Below are positions 38,101 to 45,737 of a stretch of DNA of 64,000 bases, in pieces. Position 1 is the stretch's first letter. Each line of letters starts with the position of its first letter. The translations under genes and the position numbers were made by a program. Under the pieces are notes generated by a model. It had not been told where the DNA came from and made no database searches. It saw nothing but the letters and a program-made list of their open reading frames with translations. Source of the stretch: a virus; IMG/VR virus record IMGVR_UViG_3300049846_000430, positions 1-64,000 of that record; one strand, written 5' to 3'.

Positions 38101-39244
38101 CGGTGAATCATCATATCAGTATGGAGGTGGTTTTTTACCTACAAGATATACTTCTAATCCTTATGATCCTGCAATAAAAAATTTCAATGATAGTTTAAAT
38201 TTATACAAAGGATATGTAATGCAGGATTATTTGATGGGTCCAAAAAATGAAAGAATATCTCCTGGAACTCGTATATCTTGGACACCAGCAGAATTAAAAA
38301 AGGATAGAACTAAAAAGTGGAATCCAGTTTTAAAACAAAAGATTGCTGATGATTTTCAAAATCAAGAAGAAATGTTTGCATCTGATTTTGTAAATGAAAA
38401 TAATAAAAAACTAGTAAGATACTATAAATCTCTTGGATTTACAGATGATAATATAATGTATCATACATCTGCAGATCTAGTTCATCCTACAATTAGAGCA
38501 ATAGGTACTTACATGGATGGTTCAGCATTAAGTCCTATTTATAAAAAACCAGTTCAACCTGTAAAATATGCTGATCCAAAAGTGGTAGAAAAACAAAAAA
38601 TACTTAAAGATGCGGGGCTTTACACAGGAGAATTAGATGGCGTGTGGGGGAGTGGTTCTAAAAAAGCGTGGGAAGAATATACAAAAAGAAATACTACTCC
38701 TAGATCATTAGATGGGATGACTGAAGTTACATATCCTACTTCTACTATGATAGAAACTACAAAGTTAGATCCTAACGGCAATCCTGTAACAGAAATACAT
38801 TATTATGATGATCTTAGAACCAGAGAAAGAAAAGATCCAAAAGTTCAGAAATATTTAGTACAGACATATAATCAAATGTCCACACCATATAAGAAGGCAG
38901 CTGTTGCAAAATATGGTGATCCTAGCAAAGTTCCTTTTCAGGGTGTAAACATATATGAATTAAATCCTAATCCTTATATGAAAGAAGAAGGAGGTGAAAC
39001 AAATCTGTTTAACTGGAACAATTTAGATCAATGGTTTAAGAATGGTGGTGAGTCAGACTTTGTAAATAACATTTACAGTGATTACATGGATGGTGTTTAT
39101 GATGGTACACCTTTGGAAGAGAATGCCAAGAAAGTGTATGATAAATTAAACACTATATACTATAGGCAAGCAAAGGAATCAGGTATGACTCCACCAAACT
39201 ACATTATGACCAATGTAATTAAAAAAGCTTTGAAACCTTCATAA
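35192..39244 (+). CDS. Putative ejected polyvalent cargo protein: zincin metallopeptidase plus two peptidoglycan-binding modules
   Basis: HELTH (36383) with downstream EIHAR (36560); two QKxLKxAGLYxGExDGxWGxGSxKAW repeats (37658, 38594); modules separated by YQYGG. Confidence 0.7.
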   Translation: MNWKEFTMKYGGGLTKYQKRGEFNWKTYKDVGIQTLPSKSQIVAAQGQQRDNVYVNPVVKNAAQLQRINQIEEEERQRRIQETADRVRGTLRATTDADIEAQNREDYTLTGRARSLGRGDFNPLVVAASAADLINPASYWYAGKDFGRGVKQTGEGIVNLDPEQIGSGLLQTGLSALQLYPGASTARSVIKGAAPRLFGSTMSSQANDFLRSVRSMDDFATGSPSVYRTQPGLSSGPISSTPAISRVGSTSGQAFIPSAKQTGKYSPSIVSDLSSFFAPFNPKNLQTNSGLEWMKQWYSDPDIIRRTEGNFPKGFSKFSIIMDSDNIGSKALKHFKNKLNAYEPKNYIDLLKDRGLKKYLQASMGSKGLSAGYPSGIYVNRTAAFPFDKRGLESTRVHELTHLIEHNGAIFNDDNIKSLLKPFGYSSLSEVPENKTLSFIDREIRGINPEYYLEPSEIHARMNQGRFNFNLTPKDQFTTKMFDEISKKYDWYGMGRYIKDKDAFIDLMNNFWAIPATVGIGAGAYQQFNQKPQGTYQYGGPTIDLKLPQFEEDKPRPFFEMSGAGTGPQYDMFGYGYIPLGKNLGISADLMRWKEGDWRGGRYGISGNINIPINRGERRTRPDMKDPVMYQYGGASRADTLNLLANTRAVRNYYTGRDYTPDVNYTGRNLVSPSTSMYKNIWEALKADRSGFIATNAAYGIVTPSGQRKLSMSDYYRPIDRNKFYQREDQNLILDTRAPMQLYDKRIEPTGVLGYTNIKPSDPMSSDIIHFYTYDPISITPWDMLSTKQKKQRINKYGVSGTPYESKQDFIEKTSDQEVIRKQKLLKEAGLYKGEIDGDWGTGSEKAWKKYMELNTIPTTTNTSNTISETQVIPSTPRFNIQGIIADQYVPDAKDQTSREYRYRINTDKGFDVIKSKKDFEEWKQRNAAEYQPYYQRSTNAPIDYNKGRIQEYLETPTLMYTGDGTRRSGGESSYQYGGGFLPTRYTSNPYDPAIKNFNDSLNLYKGYVMQDYLMGPKNERISPGTRISWTPAELKKDRTKKWNPVLKQKIADDFQNQEEMFASDFVNENNKKLVRYYKSLGFTDDNIMYHTSADLVHPTIRAIGTYMDGSALSPIYKKPVQPVKYADPKVVEKQKILKDAGLYTGELDGVWGSGSKKAWEEYTKRNTTPRSLDGMTEVTYPTSTMIETTKLDPNGNPVTEIHYYDDLRTRERKDPKVQKYLVQTYNQMSTPYKKAAVAKYGDPSKVPFQGVNIYELNPNPYMKEEGGETNLFNWNNLDQWFKNGGESDFVNNIYSDYMDGVYDGTPLEENAKKVYDKLNTIYYRQAKESGMTPPNYIMTNVIKKALKPS

Positions 39245-39265
39245 TTAGCTTATTTGATGTTTAAT

Positions 39266-39275
39266 TTGTATATTA
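39266..39275 (+). promoter_or_regulatory. Putative late promoter motif TTGTATATTA
   Basis: Intergenic, 10 nt upstream of ATG 39286. Confidence 0.55.
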
Positions 39276-39285
39276 GTATTATACT

Positions 39286-42200
39286 ATGGCCAGCAAAAGA
39301 TTAAGTAAAAAATACTATCAGACAGGGGGTGACACATCTCCTGCACCTGATATTCATCCCGACATGATTGAGATTGTTCAGGCTGTTGAGGCTTCTCTTC
39401 AATCTGGACTTGCTCCTCAAGAAGTTGTATTGCATCTTGCTGGTCAGGGGTATAGAGAAGATGAAATAAGTTTTGCTTTTGAGCAAATGGGTTATGATCC
39501 TGCTGCCATTGCTACAATAATGCAAGCTGCAGAAGCAATGTATAACCAACAGTCTCAGCAGCAAATGCAACCAGGTATGGAACCCGGAATGGAACCTGGT
39601 ATGGAGCAACCTATGGAACCTGGAATGGAAGGTCCTATGCCTCCAGTAACGGAAGCTGAGATGCAAGCTCAAATGGCTCAGGCTGCTTCACCACAATCAA
39701 ATGTGGGTAGCATGGAAGATGAAGGTATTTCAAAAGAAGAACTTGCTACAGCTTTACAAAGAGCTGCTTCTAAAGCTTTAGCTAGAAGAGGTAGAGAAAT
39801 GCAATATGGTGGTTTGCTTCTTCCTGGTGAACATGCTTATGATCCTGTTGCTACTGTGAGTCAGGAAATGGGTAAGAGATTTTACTATCCATATGTTCCC
39901 GGTCCTGGAGATTTAGGAGGTGCATTGTCTACTGCTGTTGGTTCTATTGGAAATTTGTTTTCAGGACGTGTTGGTGCAGATGGTTTACAAGAAGGAACTT
40001 TCAGAGACCTTGGTGCAAAAAGTGCAAGGTTTCAAAGATCTAAACCAATGCAGTATACTTACAATGTTAAATTAGATCCTAATGACAAGAATCAGTATGC
40101 TGCAGATATGGAAGATATGTATGCTGCTTCTAGAGGAGAAGGCAAGTTGAGAACTAAAGAACAGTATCAACAAGATGTAAATAAGTATTCAAGAACTAAT
40201 TTTAATACAGATACTGGCAAGTATGATGTTCTTTATACTAGCAGAGAATTTGACCCAAGTCTTTTAGGAAATAAACAGGTTGATCCTTATGAAGGATTTA
40301 GAAAGAAGAGTATTTCATTTGCTGATTGGAAAAGAAGAATGGATCCTGAGACTCTCAGCCTTCTTAGAGAAAATGAAATAAATGCACCAAAAGGAACAAC
40401 TATAGGTATATCTCCACAAGGTTCACCAACATCATATATTTCTGGCAAAGAGAATCCATACTGGTATAATACTATGATGGGATTAAACACACTCAAATCA
40501 AATCAACATGGAAATATGAGGGTGTCAGGTTATATGAAAGCAGAGGGTGGTCCTTTTAATGAAACTGAATATACACCCATTGATCCAGAACCAAAACGTG
40601 TGTTAAGTGGAATTCCTTATAAGGAGGAAGATTATGAATTTGCAGATCCAATAAGAAGAAGAGAATTAAGAGCTTATAAAAAGTATCAAAGGCTTCCTGA
40701 AGATCAAAAGACTAATCCTTTTTATAGAACACATGATGTAAAGCGTTCCGGTCTTAAAAGATACTGGGAAGATATTCCTGATATTGATTATAATAAAGCT
40801 CTTCAAGGAACTACATTTGGTCAGTTTATTAGTAGAGCCAATTCTTTAAAAAGTAGGGGGGATCAGTTTGGTAATATATATGAAACAGGACCTCATCCTA
40901 TAGAAACTGGATATATGCCAAGAAACATTTGGACATCACCAACTACTGGTATTTCATTATATCCTGATGATGATCCAAACAATATACTTAAGCAAATGGA
41001 TGACGCATCAGCTGATAATTTTAAACCATATATTTATTTTTTACAACCAGATGATCAAACTGTTTTACCAGCAAATGTTGGATATCAAACTATTGTAGGA
41101 GGATCTGGAGCAATAAAAGGTCCTGAGAATTTAAAAAATCAAGATAAAAATCTTATTGATATAATGGGTTTTGGAAGTGAGGATATTCCAGCTGATAAAT
41201 ATCAAAAAACATTTGGTTATAATACTGATCTTATAAGAGTAACTACACCGCAAAGAAATAAAATTGCTGGAGTTACAGCAATTGATAAAGATGTTAATGA
41301 TTATCTTCATAAGATATATCAACAATATCAAAATGAAGATTTAAGCAAACTGTCAAAAGAAGAACGTGATGATGTAAAGTTAAAAAGAGAAGCTGAGGTT
41401 AAAAAATATCTTTTAGAGAAAGCGGGTCTTGATCCTGCACAGTATATGAGTACACTCATGCACTATAACTACACATCTCCTGAAATATATTCTGACATCA
41501 ACAGACCAGGCTTTACAGTTTTTGATCAGTATGGTGATGTGTATGATAAAAGAAAAAGAGACATGCCAGAGTTTATGAAAAGAATGAACACTAAAAAGTA
41601 TGGTGGTTATCTTCGTAAAGCTCAATTTGGTTATGAAAGTATGGGTGATAGAATGGATATGTTTGGAGTTGAAACTTCAGATCCAAAGATGTATTCTTCT
41701 GCAATAGCTTATGGTAAAGTAGATCCCCCAGATTTTTCAGGTTATGCACCAAGAGGCGTATACAGTTCTGCAATTCCTAATTCAGGTCTTTCACCTGTAG
41801 GTATGGTTAATATTCCAACAAGAAGAACGCCTGCCACTAGCTCAGTTCCTACAACTACTCCTTCTATTTCACCAGGTGTTGCTGTTTCTACTCCAAAACC
41901 AACGGATGAGATTAGCTCTGTAACAGCACCTACTGCAAGAGAAGCTTATGAGCCCATGAAGCCAAAAGAAAAAAGTGTAATAGTTCCGTCTGATGGTAAA
42001 ACATCTAAATCTTCAGCAGCCTCATTAAATCCTTTAGCTAAACCAGTTGATGTATCTAGATCAGTATCTGGCACAAGTGAGCTATATGACCCATTTGGTG
42101 TACCTACAGAGTTTGATAATCCTAAAATGACATCATCAGCTTTAGCTCTTGGTAAAACAACTGGTACTACAACAACTACACCAGCATCTCAACCAGAGGT

Positions 42201-42597
42201 AACAAAAAAGCTTAATCCTGAACAGTGGTTAAATAGACAACTCCAAAGACCGGGTATAAAAGCTTATGGTGATGTATCAAAAGCTGTTGTTGATACAGCT
42301 AACTTTGTAAACGAAGCATTTAAAGAAAGAGAACGTGCAGCATATGATAGCAGACTTAGAGAGATGACTGCAGCAGATAATGTATATGGTATTATCTTTG
42401 ATAATGAAAGAGGGGACTGGGATCCTAATTCAGGATTATTAAAAGTTGATAAATACGTACCTTATAGGATGCCTGACCAATTTAGACCTATAGCTGGAAG
42501 AGTTAAGTTTGGTGGTCAGAAAGATGATGTCTTTAATGTAGACATGAAAACACTTACACAATTAATTGCAGCTGGTGCTGATATTGAGATATTATAA
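39286..42597 (+). CDS. Putative ejected cargo protein (modular, low-complexity linkers)
   Basis: 1103 aa; five xxxGG motifs, M/Q/P/E-rich and P/S/T-rich linkers; C-terminal LIAAGADIEIL. Confidence 0.65.
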   Translation: MASKRLSKKYYQTGGDTSPAPDIHPDMIEIVQAVEASLQSGLAPQEVVLHLAGQGYREDEISFAFEQMGYDPAAIATIMQAAEAMYNQQSQQQMQPGMEPGMEPGMEQPMEPGMEGPMPPVTEAEMQAQMAQAASPQSNVGSMEDEGISKEELATALQRAASKALARRGREMQYGGLLLPGEHAYDPVATVSQEMGKRFYYPYVPGPGDLGGALSTAVGSIGNLFSGRVGADGLQEGTFRDLGAKSARFQRSKPMQYTYNVKLDPNDKNQYAADMEDMYAASRGEGKLRTKEQYQQDVNKYSRTNFNTDTGKYDVLYTSREFDPSLLGNKQVDPYEGFRKKSISFADWKRRMDPETLSLLRENEINAPKGTTIGISPQGSPTSYISGKENPYWYNTMMGLNTLKSNQHGNMRVSGYMKAEGGPFNETEYTPIDPEPKRVLSGIPYKEEDYEFADPIRRRELRAYKKYQRLPEDQKTNPFYRTHDVKRSGLKRYWEDIPDIDYNKALQGTTFGQFISRANSLKSRGDQFGNIYETGPHPIETGYMPRNIWTSPTTGISLYPDDDPNNILKQMDDASADNFKPYIYFLQPDDQTVLPANVGYQTIVGGSGAIKGPENLKNQDKNLIDIMGFGSEDIPADKYQKTFGYNTDLIRVTTPQRNKIAGVTAIDKDVNDYLHKIYQQYQNEDLSKLSKEERDDVKLKREAEVKKYLLEKAGLDPAQYMSTLMHYNYTSPEIYSDINRPGFTVFDQYGDVYDKRKRDMPEFMKRMNTKKYGGYLRKAQFGYESMGDRMDMFGVETSDPKMYSSAIAYGKVDPPDFSGYAPRGVYSSAIPNSGLSPVGMVNIPTRRTPATSSVPTTTPSISPGVAVSTPKPTDEISSVTAPTAREAYEPMKPKEKSVIVPSDGKTSKSSAASLNPLAKPVDVSRSVSGTSELYDPFGVPTEFDNPKMTSSALALGKTTGTTTTTPASQPEVTKKLNPEQWLNRQLQRPGIKAYGDVSKAVVDTANFVNEAFKERERAAYDSRLREMTAADNVYGIIFDNERGDWDPNSGLLKVDKYVPYRMPDQFRPIAGRVKFGGQKDDVFNVDMKTLTQLIAAGADIEIL
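39565..39639 (+). repeat. 12-bp coding tandem repeat (MEPG)n
   Basis: MQPGMEPGMEPGMEQPMEPGMEGPM. Confidence 0.8.
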
Positions 42598-42599
42598 CA

Positions 42600-45500
42600 A
42601 TGGCAAAAATCAGAGTAAAAAATCTGCCGGAAGGCTTTGAGATTAAAAATGGCAAGGTTGTCAAGAAGATGGCATTTGGTGGTCATACCACTGGTGATCA
42701 ATCTGAGTATGGTTTAGTTACTATACCATCATCCAGATATGATACATTCTTCAATAATGAAAAACAACCAGATGTAAGATATAGTATATCTGCTGTACCA
42801 AGAGATGTAGCTAACGTAGAAGCTGAAGGTGGTGAGACAGTTCTTGCTGATCTTAATAATGACGGAAGCTTTGGTCTTTATGATATAAAAGGAAAAAGAC
42901 ATAGCAATGGTGGAGTGCCTTTATACATGCCTCCTCAATCATTCTTTTATTCTGATACCCCAACAATGAAGTTTAAAAGAGATGAGCTTGCTGACTTTGG
43001 GATTAAATCAAAGAAAGGAATAACACCGGCTAAGATTTCAAAGATGCCGGGTTTTCAAATCAATGAATACTATGGTGCACTTAAAGATGAGTTTGTTGAT
43101 CCTATTATGAGGAATAGTGCAGAGCTTATGATTAATAAGAATCAAATGAATCTCTCTAAACTGGCATTTGCACAGGAAGCTAAAAAGAAATTTGAAGATG
43201 GTGTTCCTACAGCTTCCTATCCTTATCTTGCTTCCCAGGGTCAAGATCCTATTGAGTTTACACAAAGAATAGAAGAGATAAGCAGACAAGAGGCTGAGAT
43301 GAAAGCTTTAGCTTCTCTACCTCCAGATCAACTTCAACAGTTGATGATGCTTAGAGACTTTTTAGCCCAGGCTCAAGCTGAACAACAAGCAATGGCTCCA
43401 GTTAATATGGCACAAAATGGACCTATGGCTGTACCTGCTGCTCAGTATGGCGGTTCTCCATTTGAAGGAATGGAGATGGATATTCATGATCAATATACTA
43501 CAGAAGATGAGGCAATGCTAGGTAATGAAGATTTTGGTGCTATGCGGACTGGTGGTGAAGAGATGGAAGATGAAGAATATTCAAGGCAGAGTGGTGAAGG
43601 AGAACAGGTTGTTGTTGGAGAATATCAAACACAGAACTTTGATCTATGTCCCAGAGCTAGTGAGCTTTATGAAGAGATTGCAGAAGAAGGTGAGGATATT
43701 GCTATTGCACAAGAATCAGCAGCATTGCATGATCAATTGTTTGGCATAGAAAGAAATGCTATTGCTCAGGATTATGCTACAAAAGAAGATGTAGCTAATG
43801 CAAAAGAATTGGCAAGACAAATTATGGGCTTGGCTAAAGAGATGGGTTTGCTTAAAGCTCACAACTATATTAAAGACCATGTTAAAAAGATTGAAGAATT
43901 GGCTGGTAACATGGAAGAAAAAAGATATGGTGGTCAAAAAGATCTTCCCAAGTTTCAAGATAATGGTGAATGGAATTGGCAAGTAGATGCTCAAGGAAGT
44001 CCTATTGTAACAACTATTGATCCTGCTACAGGTTTTCCTATTGTTCCTCAAAATGGTACACCTGCTCAACCCCCAATTGTTCCTGATCCTTCTAAGACTA
44101 CAGTTGTAACTCAAAACGCAGTTGTTGGAACAAATAACCCAAGTCCTGATCAAGCATATGATGGTACACCAGCTTTAAAGGATTATTATGATTTGGAAAG
44201 ACTGCTTAAATCAAAAGATCCTAAATGGGTAGCCACAACAGATAGAGCTTATGAATTAGTTAAAGTTGCTGCAAAAAAATATAACTTTCCTCTTCCTTCT
44301 AAGGAGGAGATGATTGATAAATTTTTGAAGTATCAGAAAAACAACTATACTATTAAAGCAATTGCAACACCTGCTGAAAGACAGTTAAAAGGTTATGATA
44401 ATGAAGCTGCTGCTCTTGGCTATGGTGATTATGATAAGACTAATCAAAATACTCAGAGATTCATGGATGATTTGCAAAAAAGAAATAAAGCATATCCTGG
44501 GTATAAAATTGATCCAACTGAAACAAAACAAATTCAAGCTTTCTTTCAAGCTCTTTATTTAGCTGATAGAAATAATGCTGAACCATATCTTGATGTTTTT
44601 TATGAAGGTCCTAATCAAAATACCAACTGGGCTCAGAATCAGGAAATTTCTGATATTGATGCTTATTATGGAAACAATACAATCAACCAATTTGGAAAAG
44701 TAAGAGAACCAATAAAACCACCTCCTCCTAATAAAAAAGAAGGTTGTCCTTGTATAGATCCTTCTGGTAAATATACAGGAACTTATTCTAAGGACTGTTG
44801 TCCTACCCCTGGTGAGTTCAAAAGAAAATACACACCACCCCAATATCAATTCTGGGCTCAGGATGTTATTAAGGCAAATGCTATTGCTCAGCGTGATAGA
44901 AGAATGTTCATGCCTTGGCAACCTGCAGTAGGTATACCTCAAGTTGATTATATACTTGAAGATCCTACTAGAGAGATTGCTGCTAATCTTGAAGCTTACA
45001 ATATAGGCGTTCAAGGTGCAGGTGCATTTGGTGGACCACAAGCTCTTGCTGCTAGAACAGCACAAGGTACCGGTAAAGCTTTTGCTGCAAATGCAAATAC
45101 ACTTGCTAATGTAAATAGCAGAAACGTAGCAACAGTAAATGCTGGTAAAGCTCTTAATGCTCAGTTCCAGGAAAGAGGAATGAGAGAAGAAAGAGACAGA
45201 CGTGTTAAGGAGTATGATGATACACAGAAAGTTCTTCAAGAGTTTCTGAATGAAAGAAACTATGACAGAGAGAAGTTTGCTGATGCATATGCTAACATGC
45301 TCACCAATGCTGCTTACACATATGACCTTAACACTCTGAATCCTTACTATAACATTATGCCTGCTACCGGTGGTATTATTCAAATGACTAACACCAAAGG
45401 ACCATTCAAGCCCACACAACAAGGTGCTTCAACTCCTATGTATGAGCAACTTGAAAAGAAAGCTGTTGAACTTAATAACAAAGGTGTTCCTGAAAAGGTA

Positions 45501-45677
45501 ATAACTCAGATTCTAAAAAGTATGGCTGGTGAATCAATAACTACAGATGAAGAAGATGCAGTTATGGAAGCAATGAGAAAAAGTCTTAATTTTCCATTTA
45601 CTCCTACTAAAGCAAGAGGTGGAGAGAAGATGAAAAAATATGCAATACCTTTTTATACAGGCAAGATAGGATATTAA
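42600..45677 (+). CDS. Putative ejected cargo protein (crAss-like cargo with EAEGGE...GKRHSNGG domain)
   Basis: ANVEAEGGETV...GKRHSNGGVPL N-domain, coiled-coil C-terminus, multiple xxxGG motifs; two genes upstream of the RNAP polyprotein. Confidence 0.65.
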   Translation: MAKIRVKNLPEGFEIKNGKVVKKMAFGGHTTGDQSEYGLVTIPSSRYDTFFNNEKQPDVRYSISAVPRDVANVEAEGGETVLADLNNDGSFGLYDIKGKRHSNGGVPLYMPPQSFFYSDTPTMKFKRDELADFGIKSKKGITPAKISKMPGFQINEYYGALKDEFVDPIMRNSAELMINKNQMNLSKLAFAQEAKKKFEDGVPTASYPYLASQGQDPIEFTQRIEEISRQEAEMKALASLPPDQLQQLMMLRDFLAQAQAEQQAMAPVNMAQNGPMAVPAAQYGGSPFEGMEMDIHDQYTTEDEAMLGNEDFGAMRTGGEEMEDEEYSRQSGEGEQVVVGEYQTQNFDLCPRASELYEEIAEEGEDIAIAQESAALHDQLFGIERNAIAQDYATKEDVANAKELARQIMGLAKEMGLLKAHNYIKDHVKKIEELAGNMEEKRYGGQKDLPKFQDNGEWNWQVDAQGSPIVTTIDPATGFPIVPQNGTPAQPPIVPDPSKTTVVTQNAVVGTNNPSPDQAYDGTPALKDYYDLERLLKSKDPKWVATTDRAYELVKVAAKKYNFPLPSKEEMIDKFLKYQKNNYTIKAIATPAERQLKGYDNEAAALGYGDYDKTNQNTQRFMDDLQKRNKAYPGYKIDPTETKQIQAFFQALYLADRNNAEPYLDVFYEGPNQNTNWAQNQEISDIDAYYGNNTINQFGKVREPIKPPPPNKKEGCPCIDPSGKYTGTYSKDCCPTPGEFKRKYTPPQYQFWAQDVIKANAIAQRDRRMFMPWQPAVGIPQVDYILEDPTREIAANLEAYNIGVQGAGAFGGPQALAARTAQGTGKAFAANANTLANVNSRNVATVNAGKALNAQFQERGMREERDRRVKEYDDTQKVLQEFLNERNYDREKFADAYANMLTNAAYTYDLNTLNPYYNIMPATGGIIQMTNTKGPFKPTQQGASTPMYEQLEKKAVELNNKGVPEKVITQILKSMAGESITTDEEDAVMEAMRKSLNFPFTPTKARGGEKMKKYAIPFYTGKIGY

Positions 45678-45715
45678 ACCTTTAAAGTTTAATATGAAAA
45701 ACTTTTAAAACTTAA
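45676..45715. promoter_or_regulatory. Tandem imperfect palindromes (AAACYTTTAAARYTTAA), possible operator
   Basis: AAACCTTTAAAGTTTAA (45676) and AAACTTTTAAAACTTAA (45699); similar 17-mer at 269-285. Confidence 0.3.
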
Positions 45716-45737
45716 AAAATTTTAGTACCTTAAAGAT

